From Candidatus Marinacidobacterales bacterium (GTDB lineage Bacteria; Acidobacteriota; Vicinamibacteria; Marinacidobacterales; DATDRI01): a DNA stretch of 64,000 bases. The position numbers were made by a program, and so were the translations under genes. Location: positions 1,312,001-1,376,000 of the forward strand of contig CBDCNP010000002.1 of assembly GCA_965219415.1 (NCBI GenBank), given 5' to 3'. Below the pieces are notes generated by a model. That model saw only the letters and a list, made by a program, of their open reading frames with translations, made no database searches and was not told the DNA's origin. Below, piece by piece: positions 39,266-49,410 of the stretch. Every line of letters starts with the position of its first letter. Positions within the stretch are counted from its first letter, which is position 1.

Positions 39266-41860
39266 TTAGCCAGTTGTTTGGCCATCCACCAGTTCTTTGA
39301 ACGCTGGCAGCTCCCAGAGCGTAGCCAGGTCCTCATCCTCACGTACTTCTGTCACGCTGTATCCATGAGCGATCGCGTCTTTCAAGGCGACCATCGCCTC
39401 CTCTGTCTGACCGGTGAGCGCGTACACAACGGCTTTGCTGTAAAGCGCCTGGCTATCCTCGGGTGCCAGTTCGACGGCTTCGGCGGCAAGACGTAACGCC
39501 TCGGCGGTTCGCCCCAGCTTCGCTTCGACGACGGCAAGCATTTCCATCGCTCGCACATCATTAGGATTCACCGCAAGCCGGTTACGGTCGAGCTCCGCCG
39601 ATGTAAGGTAAGACTTGCGGGCATCCTGCGGGCGATTCAATTTCTGAAGAGCGTCTCCCAGATTGCGATGGTGATTCGACGAGCTCGGATCGAGCTTTAG
39701 CGCCTCCTCATAGGACTGCGCCGCCTTCGAGAACTTGCCCTGGCGATAGTAGATCGTCCCCAAGTTGGAGTGAGCCGCCCAGGCAGGCCCTTGCTCGATG
39801 GCCTTCAAGTAATTCGGCACCGCTCGATCGAGGTCCCCCATCATGTGATAGGTGACTCCGAGTGTTTGAAATCCAACGGGCAAGTCCGGCTGAAGCTCGG
39901 TCACGCGTTGAAAGGCAAGCGCGGCATCTGCCAATTTTCCAGCATTCAGGTACGCGCGGCCAAGCGAGTAATAGTGCCCCCAGAAGTTGAGTCGGATCGC
40001 GATGGCTCGACGAAACTCCTCGGCGGCATCGTCGATTCGGCCACTCCCGGCGAGAATCTCTCCGAGCAGCCGGTACGAATCGTCGCTGTTGGGCTGTAGC
40101 GTAAGGGTTCGGTGAAGCTCCTCCACCGCCTCATCCGTTCGCCCCGATCCCTCGTAGATGACTGCCAAGGTATAAGTCACCGAGGGATGATCGGGGTCCA
40201 AGCGACGCGCCTCTTCGGCGGCGATACGAGCCTTGTCCGCCCAGCGTGAGTCGGTGGTCTGTTCGAATTGGGCCCAATAGGCCTCGCCCAATCCGGCATG
40301 CGCCTGAACGAAGTTGGGGTCTTTGGCCAGAGCGCTCTCGAAAAGTGCAACGGCCCGCTCGAGGTTATCGGCGTCGTGGGGCCGGTCCAGGAAGTCACGG
40401 CCCTGAGAAAACTCCGCGAAGGCGTCTATGTTCGACGTAGGAGAGACCTCGAGTCGTCGCGCCTCGGTGGGTGTCAGGTTTAGATGAAGTGCCCGAGTGA
40501 GACCACTGGCTAGCTTCCGCTGAAGCTCGAAGAGCTCACTAAGCTTTCCGTCGTACTCCCCGCCCCAAACCACCGAATCGTTAGAGCGAACGAGGTTGAC
40601 GGTGACGTGAAGCAAGTCATCTAAACGCTGCACCGAGCCGTTCACGACAAAGGAGGCTCGAGAGATTGGCGGGTGAACTCTCCGAGCATCCGACTTTGGG
40701 CAGGTTCACTTCGAGTGTGGATACTCGTACGGGAATCGACCAGCGGCGTTCACCGGCGAGCATACCTTACCGCAAGGCAGCGGTCGCCGCGGGTCTGCTA
40801 ACCGTGGCGGCGGCGGTGTGGTTGATAGTCGCGGGTGAGATACGCATGCCCGGTCGTGGTAAAGATGGACCTCCGGTGATTGCGGTGCTTCCTTTGGCTA
40901 ACGTTAGCGGCGGTCCGACGATCGAGCACGTTGGGGTGGGGATTGCGCACACCCTCATCACCAAGCTGTCGGCCATACCGTCGGTAACCATGATCTCCCG
41001 GTCCGCCACCCTCGAGTACATCGGGGAGAGTCAGGACACACGAAGGGTCGCCAAAGACCTCGGCGCCTCTCCGAGCTCCCTCGCCGACTGTTGACGTTGC
41101 TGAGGTTCTGGAGACATTGCCCGGGACACCACCGCGCTCAGCTCCTCCGGGATACTCGCGTCGAAATCCGTGACCCCGTGGAGTGTGCTTCTTCATCGCT
41201 TCGAGCGTCCAATCCTTCGAATCCCGATCTTCGAAAGGCCAGCGCCCGGTCAGGAGCTGGAACAAGACGACTGCCAGGCTGAAGAGGTCGGAGCGGTGGT
41301 CAGCGCGGTAGCCCAACATTTGTTCCGGGGCCATATAGGCTGGCGTTCCGACGACGCGTCCGTCGGTGGTGGCCGAGACGTCCTGCGCAGCAGGCGCCTT
41401 TGCCAGGCCGAAATCTAGAATCTTAGCCTTGCCGTCAGGGGTCAGCAGGATGTTCGCTGGTTTTAGATCCCGATGAATGATTTCGTGCGCGTGTGCTTCC
41501 GCCAGCGCACTGGTTAGCTGGATACTTATGTCGATGACTTGCTCCGGGGAGAGTCGACCGCGAAGGACCCGTCGCGCTAGCGTCTCTCCCGCCACGTATT
41601 CCATGACGATGATGGACTGCTCGCCGTCATCTATAACATCGTAAACAACCGCGATGTTCGGATGGTTCAGAATGGCCGCTGCCTGGGCCTCACGAAGGAT
41701 CTGTCGTCGCGCTTCGGGAGTCGACAGTTGTGAACCGCTGAGACGCTTGAGAGCGACTTTGCGATGGAGTCGGGTATCCTCGGAGAGATACACTTCGCCC
41801 ATCCCACCAATGCCCAATTGTCGAAGAATGCGGTATGGGCCCAATGGTCGAGATATCCAT
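39266..41860 (-). pseudogene. Ser/Thr kinase - TM - TolB-N-like - TPR protein disrupted by an internal inversion
   Basis: Kinase (LGIGGMGEVY, HRDLKPAN, DFG, YMAPE) on minus 41860-41070; TM and IAVLPLANVS..VAKDLGA on PLUS 40660-41069; SFVVNGSVQR and TPRs on minus 40655-39266. Confidence 0.85.
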
Positions 41861-41967
41861 TGTCCATCTCCCGCTAGGAATGTAGCAGTACCGGTCTACC
41901 TGGTCAAAGCGAAAATCCTCTTCCCTCCCAGATTGGAGGTCGGCAGGTTCCGCCGAAAGTCGCTAGA

Positions 41968-42159
41968 ATGGACTTAGCCATGGGCGTGTTCCTTATCACC
42001 GTTCTGTTCATCGGCCTGGCGATGCTCGCCATGGCGGTGGGTGTGCTCCTCAGCAACCGCTGTCTCCGCGGCTCCTGCGGAGGAGAAGCTGCCCTCGGTC
42101 CCGATGGCGAGTCCCTGACCTGCGAAACCTGTCCGATGCGTAAGGAAAGCAACGCTTAA
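41968..42159 (+). CDS. nqrM: NqrM-like small membrane protein (DUF539)
   Basis: Single TM AMLAMAVGV followed by LRGSCGG..CETC; near apbE. Confidence 0.7.
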   Translation: MDLAMGVFLITVLFIGLAMLAMAVGVLLSNRCLRGSCGGEAALGPDGESLTCETCPMRKESNA

Positions 42160-42172
42160 TAGGAGTGCACTC

Positions 42173-42616
42173 ATGGGAAAAACGATTGGCGAAATCATCG
42201 AAGGGCGTTCGGACTATTACTTCGTGCTGGGAAGTGATTCTGTTCGGAAGGCCTGCGAGTACATGACCGCGCACAAGGTAGGAGCGGTTGCCGTCCAAGA
42301 CGACGACGGGAATTGCTGTGGGGTCTTCTCGGAGCGCGACCTACTCAATCGGGTCGTGGCTAGGGACGTCAATCCCAAATCCACCCAAGTGAGTGAGGTG
42401 ATGAGCCCCGATCTGGTGACGGCGCGCCAGGAAGAGACTTGCCTAGTGGCGGCGGAACGGATGAAAGACCACGCGACTCGGCACCTTCTGGTGTTGGACG
42501 GCAACGATTACTCGGGTATGGTGACTCAATCCGACCTCACTCGAGCCTTCTTCGATGAAGTGAGCGAGGAGAGAGACCTGCTGAAGCACTACGCCTTCCC
42601 GGAGCTACCGAGTTAG
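42173..42616 (+). CDS. CBS domain protein
   Basis: VGAVAV..GVFSERDL, RHLLV..GMVTQSDL. Confidence 0.88.
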   Translation: MGKTIGEIIEGRSDYYFVLGSDSVRKACEYMTAHKVGAVAVQDDDGNCCGVFSERDLLNRVVARDVNPKSTQVSEVMSPDLVTARQEETCLVAAERMKDHATRHLLVLDGNDYSGMVTQSDLTRAFFDEVSEERDLLKHYAFPELPS

Positions 42617-42626
42617 ATTGTCGAGG

Positions 42627-43028
42627 CTACACTTGGACCGTCTCTGCGCGGTCGCCCCTCACGTAGCGGGTGACGTCGATGACGTCGATGACCACAGACA
42701 CGGTGTTGACGACCATCAGAAAACGAATCCAAATCCCGAACGGTTCATCCGGCGCGTGCTGCCCGAGTCTGGTCCATAAGTAGAAGACCAAGGGGATCCA
42801 CAGAACATGTCCTAACCCCAGGATGCGTGTGAACCCGAACTTGCCGGTCATCGCCATCATGACCGTGGCGCTGACGATCATGGCTACCAGAACCACCCAA
42901 GCCTCTATCCGGTCGAGGAAGAAAAACGGCACGATCAGGTTCACGGCCATCAAGAGCATCAGCCACAGGCGCCATAGGATGGGCATCTTGAAAACAGCCC
43001 GATTGAACTTGACGATCCCGTCGATCAC
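42627..43028 (-). CDS. Hypothetical four-TM membrane protein
   Basis: Four hydrophobic segments; GFTRILGLGH, D..RY.RGDR. Confidence 0.7.
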   Translation of the reverse strand: MIDGIVKFNRAVFKMPILWRLWLMLLMAVNLIVPFFFLDRIEAWVVLVAMIVSATVMMAMTGKFGFTRILGLGHVLWIPLVFYLWTRLGQHAPDEPFGIWIRFLMVVNTVSVVIDVIDVTRYVRGDRAETVQV

Positions 43029-43056
43029 TTTAGAAACCTTTCGTGAACTTGTCTTT

Positions 43057-43100
43057 CATAAGCTTTGGCATAAGCTTGGCATGAGCTTGGCTTGAGCTCC
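43057..43100. repeat. Four imperfect ~11-bp direct repeats
   Basis: CATAAGCTTTGG CATAAGCTTGG CATGAGCTTGG CTTGAGCTCC. Confidence 0.75.
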
Positions 43101-43106
43101 CCATGG

Positions 43107-43763
43107 CTAGGCACAACTCTGGGCCGAGCGGATGAAGCCCTCGAGCTTTGTTTCGTCCAGCTTGCCGTCTGTGCGGACACCACTGCAGACGTCGACTCCG
43201 AAGGGTGAGACTTCCTCAATGGCGGTGCGCACGTTGGACGCGTTGAGGCCACCGGCCAGAAAAACCGGCTTCGGGACCGCGTCACAGATCTTCCGGCTGA
43301 GTGCCCAGTCGTGGGTTCGCCCAGTACCCCCGAGCTCCTTCACCGCAAGCTTGGGATTCCCAGAATCCAGAAGAAGCGCATCGACATAGGGAGCCACCGC
43401 GGTCGCCTCGTCCACCGAGCCTTCATCCATGACGTGGATCACTTGGACGAACCGGATCCCGGGCAGGGCTTCGCGAAGCGCTTCATGCGAGCCGGGAGAA
43501 ATCTCGTCCACGATCTGGATCGTGCTCACGCCGGTACGTTTCTGCTGGGCCACAATGGAGTTGACGTCTTGACGGCTGGTCAGAAGGAACGAAGAAACGG
43601 CCGGGGGAACTCCGTCGGCGATCCGGCGAATCGTCTCTTCGTCGATGACCCCGGGGCCGCTCGGCATTTCCGAGACGAGCCCTAGCGCGGACGCCCCGAG
43701 ACTAATAGCGAGAGATGCCTCGGCTTCACTTGCGATACAACAGATCTTGACTCGCGGTACCAT
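43107..43763 (-). CDS. trpF: Phosphoribosylanthranilate isomerase
   Basis: VKICCI, LLLDSG, GGTGRTHDW, LAGGL, GVDVCSGV. Confidence 0.88.
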   Translation of the reverse strand: MVPRVKICCIASEAEASLAISLGASALGLVSEMPSGPGVIDEETIRRIADGVPPAVSSFLLTSRQDVNSIVAQQKRTGVSTIQIVDEISPGSHEALREALPGIRFVQVIHVMDEGSVDEATAVAPYVDALLLDSGNPKLAVKELGGTGRTHDWALSRKICDAVPKPVFLAGGLNASNVRTAIEEVSPFGVDVCSGVRTDGKLDETKLEGFIRSAQSCA

Positions 43764-43811
43764 CGTTCGGCCCGAGTATATCGCGAGGCCGGGAACGATC
43801 TATGGGGAAGA

Positions 43812-44468
43812 TTACGCCTCAGGGGGAGGCTCGGGATTGTAACTGAACGCGTACTCCTGCAGCCCGTTTCGCAGTAAGAACGTGTTCTCCACTTTGAAGC
43901 CGCGTATCAGCCGACGAAGATCGGGCTCCTTGTAACGGGGCGAAGGCCGAGACCGATCTGATTTCGAATCGTAGTCGAAAGTCGCGGCGTCCACGATCCT
44001 AAAGCCGCACGGCCGCGCCGGGATCGATTGGTGGATGGCGATCATGGCGAACATCGCCGTCCCTTCCTTCGAGAAACTTGCAAGGCGACGACTCATCGTC
44101 TCGATCTGCTCAGGCCGTAGGTAGTTCAGGAGATCCCACGCCAAGATGAGATCGAAACGCGTGTCTTCGGGGTATGGAAGCAACTCCTCGAAGACTTCCG
44201 AGAGCCGGGATCCATCGTCTTCGGCAGGTGCCAGGGTATAGGATTGTAACGTGCGGTAGAGATCGGCGACCCAGAACGTGCAGGAGAATTGAGAGAAAAA
44301 CTCGACGTTGGGACCGTACACCCGTCCGAGATCGAGGACCTGGTATTTCTGATCCTCGCCGAACTTCTCCACCACGCCGGGAAAGGCGAGAGAATGATAC
44401 TCGCCGTTATCCGCGGCGGGTGCTTGCCCCCAGTAACGCTCTTTCGTCCAGGGTGAAGTGAGCTGCAA
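43812..44468 (-). CDS. Class I SAM-methyltransferase-fold hypothetical protein
   Basis: VLDLG motif I and FDLILAWDLLNYL; directly downstream of bactofilin. Confidence 0.65.
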   Translation of the reverse strand: MQLTSPWTKERYWGQAPAADNGEYHSLAFPGVVEKFGEDQKYQVLDLGRVYGPNVEFFSQFSCTFWVADLYRTLQSYTLAPAEDDGSRLSEVFEELLPYPEDTRFDLILAWDLLNYLRPEQIETMSRRLASFSKEGTAMFAMIAIHQSIPARPCGFRIVDAATFDYDSKSDRSRPSPRYKEPDLRRLIRGFKVENTFLLRNGLQEYAFSYNPEPPPEA

Positions 44469-44482
44469 CGTTGGACGCTCCC

Positions 44483-45002
44483 CTAGGCTGGTGCGGAGCT
44501 CCCGCCGCGCAGCGACGAGCCCTGCGTGGCGAAGCTGCCGTTCTCCGGAGATTTTGTCGACTTGGATACGTCGGCGTCCCGGGTACGTTCTTTATCTTCC
44601 GGTTTGGGCTCCATGTCGATGCTTCCCTTGAACTTGGAACCGTTCTCCAATGTCACCCGAGAGGCTTTGGTATCCCCTTCGACGCGGCCGGACCGCAAGA
44701 TCACGACTTCATCCTCGCCGAAGAGATTCCCCCTTCACTTCTCCACCGATCTGAATGCTCTTCGCATGGATGTCCGCCTTGACCCGACCGTTCTCACCGA
44801 CGGAGACGATGTGCTTCTTGAGCGAGATCGTACCCTCAACCTTTCCCTGGACTTCGAGATCTTCTTTGCCGACGAGCTCGCCCTTGACGGTAATCGAGGG
44901 GCCGATGGTCGACAGCTCTTTCTTGTCCCGTTCCGGTTGTTTCACAGGAGCCGGAGTCGGGTTCTGAGGAGTATACGTCCTGGCTTCGTTCTTTTTCCAC
45001 AT
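44483..45002 (-). CDS. Bactofilin (polymer-forming cytoskeletal protein), one frameshift
   Basis: IGPSITVKGEL..EDLEVQGKVEGTI..VGENGRVKADI, continuing SGRVEGD..RVTLENGSKFKGSIDM. Confidence 0.88.
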
Positions 45003-45113
45003 GTCTTCTCTCCTAATGGCTGACCTGCACGAGGTAGATCACGGCAGCCAGGCCGAAAAAGGCAATCGCGAGAATCTCTTGCATGGGCTCGACAATCCTC
45101 CACAGTCACGGCG

Positions 45114-46970
45114 CTACCTATGGTTATATACGAGCCGTCCGGGAATGGAAGTGAGCCCGTGTGATGGGTTTTCCCCCCAGGAAGACTGTGGGATAAAACC
45201 CTCAACGTCTGTCGGCGGCAAGAGGTGAGCCGTACTACTATCGGGCCACAACAGTCGGGCCATAGTCTCGTTTATGACAGCAACCGGCGGTGCCGAAGCC
45301 TGGTCACCGCTCTCCAACACCCTTCCACGGAGCAGCGGAATTTCCAGCGTTCGCAAGTATCCGGGAGTGACGAGGCGATAGTGTACGGCGGTTTCCAGTG
45401 CGCGGGGGGCAGCCTCTCCTTCGATTGTGAACGCGGTGCGATTGTCGCGACCGGCCAATGGGAGAGTATTCACGACCGCCGCCGACTCGACACCCGGGAG
45501 CGCCTCGATCTGGCGAACCGCCTCCAAGTTGAAGGCGGCTGTCTGCTTCGCATCACGATACTTCAGAGGGGAGAGAGAAACGTCCAAACTAAGCACGCGT
45601 TCCGCCTGAAACCCCGGGTCGACTCGAGACAAAGCAAGAAAACTCTTGATCAGAAGACCCGCTCCGATCGTCAGAATCAGGGCAAGCGCCAGCTCGGCAA
45701 CGACTAGGAAGCTCCGCGCTTGGCGCGACCTTGCCGGCGCCGACCGGGCCCCGGTCTTCAACCCCTGTTGCAGATCGATTCGCGCCGATTGAAATGCAGG
45801 CAGAATTGCCGAAAGCAAGCCAACGAGGATGGAGACACCGAACGTGAAGGCCAAGACGCGGCCATCGATACGAACTTCATCGAGGCGCGGTACTCCCTCG
45901 GGGGCGACTGCCCGAACCGCATCCAAACCCAAGTAGGCTACCAGCAGGGCGGCCCCTCCGCCCACAACGGCTAGCAGAACGCCTTCCGTCAGAAGCATAC
46001 GAGTGAGACGCATTCTGCAGGCACCGAGCGCAGCCCGAACCGCGAGCTCGCCTTGCCTCGCCGCGGCCCTCGCGAGTAGCAGGCTCGAGACGTTGGCCGA
46101 GGCAACCAGGAGCACCAGCGTCACCGAGCCGAGCAAGATGGCCAGGGGCGTGTGCACCGAGCCGGTGAGGTGCTGCAGGATCGGAACTAGGGTTACCTTC
46201 CAGGGATGTCCACCTTCATAGAAATCCGCATACTTTCGTTGGAGTTGCCTCGCCGTTAGATCGATTTGATCCTGTGCGCGGGCCAAACCGACGCCTTCTT
46301 GAAGTCGGGCTATGCCGCGCAAGAATTGCTGTCCCAGCCCTTTCCGCCCGAGTTGTGCCGGCGAAAAGACGCCGAGAACCCACAGATCGGCCTCGCCAGG
46401 AAAATCGAAACCCCGTGGCATCACCCCGACGATCGTTCGAGATGCATCGTTGACAATGAGCGTCTTCCCCACGATGTCGGGGGCCGCCCCGAAGAGACGA
46501 TTCCAAAGCGCGAAGCCGATCAGAACACTATTGCCATCCGTGGAGTCACCGTCCGCGGTGACGAAGGTTCTCCCGAGGGCCGCTTCCACCCCCAAGAGAC
46601 CGAATAGATTCCGGGACACCGCGGCCCCGGGGATCCTCTCTGGCACATCCCGGCCGGTCAAGTTGTAGCTTCGTCCGTGAACGACTGCGAGATCCTCGAA
46701 AGCCTTGGTGTGTTCGCGGTAGTGGACGAACTCCGCCGGGGAAAGCGGGAAGGCCTTCACGTTGGCGCTTGGGATGCTGTTCCAGAGAAAGACCAGCTCC
46801 TCCGACTCCTCATACGGGAGTGGATTTAGCAAGACCCCGTTGACCACGCTGAAGATGGTGGTGTTGGCCCCGATTCCGAGTGCGAGGGTCGCAACAGCGA
46901 TGACGGTGAAGAGAGGTTTGGCGACCAGCATCCGAAAGCCGCCGCGCACGTCCTGGATAAAGGAATCCAT
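45114..46970 (-). pseudogene. ADOP/MacB-FtsX-type duplicated orphan permease, 3'-truncated
   Basis: TLALGIGANTTIFSVVNGVLL, ELAVRAALGA, VDPGF, VAVINETMAR; family-like sequence stops near 45240 and the second FtsX half is missing. Confidence 0.8.
45158..45207. repeat. Imperfect palindrome (REP/MITE-like) next to the permease truncation point
   Basis: GGGTTTTCCCCCCAG-GAAGA-CTGTGGGATAAAACCC. Confidence 0.45.
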
Positions 46971-46973
46971 GGC

Positions 46974-48236
46974 TCACTCGGTCGCTTGGAGCTGCTCCGC
47001 TCTCTTCTCCACCTCCGACCACACGCGCAGCACGTTCCCGGAGCAGATCTTCGCGATGTCCGCCTCGGAGTACCCCTTCTTCAGGAGCTCATAAATAAGG
47101 TTGGGATAGAAGGAGACATCCTTGAGACCCGTTGGGAGGGAGTCTCCTACTCCGTCAAAATCTGAGCCTAGCCCTACATGGTCAACCCCTGCGAGTTTGA
47201 CCACGCGATCGATGTGCGCCACCACGTCGCTGACATCGGCGTAGCCGAGTCCCGTCTTCTCCCGATACCTTTGGACGTACTCTTTCCCTTCGTCGGAATT
47301 GGGACGCACGTTGTTCTCCTGGAAGTACTTCCAGATCCCCGCCTCGCCCCGCCGAATCGAATCGACGAGGAACGAAGAACCGAAATTGATGTCGATGCTC
47401 CCACCGTCCTCGCCAAGCTTCCGGATCATCGCATCGCTCATGTTGCGCTCGAAACCTGGCGTGAAGTGTCGACTCGAGGAATGAGATGCGATCACAGGGG
47501 CCGTCGAGAGCTCGATCACCTGATAGAACGCCTCGTCGGAAACATGCGAGACGTCGACGATGATGCCGAGGCGATTCATTTCCGCGACAACTTCCTTGCC
47601 GAGCGGGCTCAGCCCATTCCACTGGCGGTTGGCGTCAAAAGAGGAATCAGAAAGCTGGTTGACTTTGGAGTGGGTGAGTGTGACGTAGCGAATTCCCCGG
47701 TTGTAAAAATGAAGGAGATCTTCGAGGGTCTCTATAGGCGCGCCGTTCTCCATTCCCAACGCGAGTGAAATCTTACCCTGAGCGAACTGTTGTCTAGCGT
47801 CGGCGACCGAGGTCGCGATGGCGAACTTATCGGGCCAATCGGCAGCGAATTTCTCCACCATATCGATGAGCTCATCCGCGACCTGCTTGGCGTCGCCGGT
47901 CTCCTGATGGCTGGCGGGGACGTAGATCGACATGAAGACGAGATTGAGGCCGCCCTCTTTGGCCCTGGGGTAGTCGAAGTCGCCCCCCTCGGTTCTCATC
48001 GAGATGTCTTCCATCTTCTCGGCCAAGCGGTAAGGTACGTCGATGTGCGTATCGGCGATGACGATCTCATGAGCCAGCTGTCCGGCTCTCTCCTTCTGAC
48101 TGAGCGGTGGAGCCACCTCGGAGGTCGAGATCTCCATCTCGCTCTCGGGCTGGCAGGCCTCCAATCCCATACCAAGCGCGGCGAAAAGCAGAACGAGTCG
48201 GCACCAAGAGGGTCGAAGAGGCGCTGCCTTGCTCAT
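46974..48236 (-). CDS. Membrane dipeptidase (M19) lipoprotein
   Basis: LEAC lipobox, DTHID, GMENG, VDVSH, ASHS, GLGSDFDG. Confidence 0.92.
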   Translation of the reverse strand: MSKAAPLRPSWCRLVLLFAALGMGLEACQPESEMEISTSEVAPPLSQKERAGQLAHEIVIADTHIDVPYRLAEKMEDISMRTEGGDFDYPRAKEGGLNLVFMSIYVPASHQETGDAKQVADELIDMVEKFAADWPDKFAIATSVADARQQFAQGKISLALGMENGAPIETLEDLLHFYNRGIRYVTLTHSKVNQLSDSSFDANRQWNGLSPLGKEVVAEMNRLGIIVDVSHVSDEAFYQVIELSTAPVIASHSSSRHFTPGFERNMSDAMIRKLGEDGGSIDINFGSSFLVDSIRRGEAGIWKYFQENNVRPNSDEGKEYVQRYREKTGLGYADVSDVVAHIDRVVKLAGVDHVGLGSDFDGVGDSLPTGLKDVSFYPNLIYELLKKGYSEADIAKICSGNVLRVWSEVEKRAEQLQATE

Positions 48237-48250
48237 GCTCGGATCCCCTT

Positions 48251-49324
48251 TCAATAGTCAGTCGTGATCGTCAGGTGATGAGGCCAGTGAGTCTCGTGAT
48301 AGTGAGTCCAAAGCCGTCCGTCGACGACCGGCTCGATGACTTGCAGCTCTGGCGGACGGCGCTTGTTGATCTCCTGGGTCAATCGATGTCCTCCCCAAAG
48401 CGTGAAGGCTCGGATTTCGATTTCCTCTTCGCTGTCCACGGGAATGACCTTTCGCGCGTTGATGGCCGCCTCTAGCTCGGGCGAGTACGACATCATGCCG
48501 AACAGCCGAAAAGCCACCGGGACGATGTAGTCTGCGAAGATGGTCGACTTCTCCGGATCTTCCAACTTGAAGAAGCCGCTCTTCCGAAACCGTCCGTGCA
48601 ACTGCCACCACAAGAGCTGTGCACGCTTTTGGAAGCCGACCTCGGAACCTCGATACATGCTGGTATCACGGAATGACGGGAATTCGGCCAATAAGCGCTC
48701 TAGCAACCCGTTACCATCTGCGTAGAGCCGGGGCGGACCGGCCTTCGCAAAATTGTAAAAACGCCCGTCGTAGCGTTCATCCAATACTTTGCCCACTTCA
48801 CGAAAGATATCCAAGCGCTCGCCCAACATTGGAATAGTAATGTTGCCACGGAAGATCCCTTCCAAGTCGACCCGCTTCACTTTCGCGAGGTAGCTTCCCT
48901 CCAAGATTGGAATCCCGTTGTCGTAGGCCCGCTTCACGCCAGCCGCCATGCCCAAGGAGTCCCACTGCTCCGCACCGGCGTAGTCGACCTTATATGTGGT
49001 GTGGGTCTCGAAATCGGTAAAAGCAAAATTGATGGTCGACGTAAGGAAGATGAAGTCCATCGTGTCGTGATCGTTTCCCTCCGGATTGAGGGGGGATCGG
49101 AAATCGGGCCAAGGAAGAGGCTCGTACGCCATCCAGTCGGCGACCTGACTCACTTTATCCTCGTGAAAACTCACATGCTTGGCACCGGTGATCACCGGCT
49201 CCAGACTGTCGAGGATAGGATTACCGGTTGGAACGAACTCGGTTTCACGAACCCGACTCCTACCGAGTGGACCGACAAGGGCGGGAACTGCCAGCAACCC
49301 AATGAAACTTCTACGGGAAGGCAT
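48251..49324 (-). CDS. Queuosine salvage family protein (DUF2419/QNG1-like) with a Tat-like N-terminus
   Basis: INFAF, FPSFRD, KRAQL, FADYIVP, EEEIEIRA, PHHLTITTDY; N-terminus MPSRRSFIGLLAVPALV after GAGGAGG. Confidence 0.8.
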   Translation of the reverse strand: MPSRRSFIGLLAVPALVGPLGRSRVRETEFVPTGNPILDSLEPVITGAKHVSFHEDKVSQVADWMAYEPLPWPDFRSPLNPEGNDHDTMDFIFLTSTINFAFTDFETHTTYKVDYAGAEQWDSLGMAAGVKRAYDNGIPILEGSYLAKVKRVDLEGIFRGNITIPMLGERLDIFREVGKVLDERYDGRFYNFAKAGPPRLYADGNGLLERLLAEFPSFRDTSMYRGSEVGFQKRAQLLWWQLHGRFRKSGFFKLEDPEKSTIFADYIVPVAFRLFGMMSYSPELEAAINARKVIPVDSEEEIEIRAFTLWGGHRLTQEINKRRPPELQVIEPVVDGRLWTHYHETHWPHHLTITTDY

Positions 49325-49410
49325 CGCGCGTGTAACCTCCTCATTCAAAGTTAACGGTCATCCTATCAGGGCTTGGCGTCATCCCCAACCGAGGAGTAAC
49401 ATGGCCCACC

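Noticed and set aside
38750-41960. Kinase cassette as a bona fide mobile element
   Set aside because: No transposase, integrase, terminal repeats or target-site duplication visible
43057-43100. Mini CRISPR array
   Set aside because: Units are about 11 bp with no spacers, and there are no cas genes
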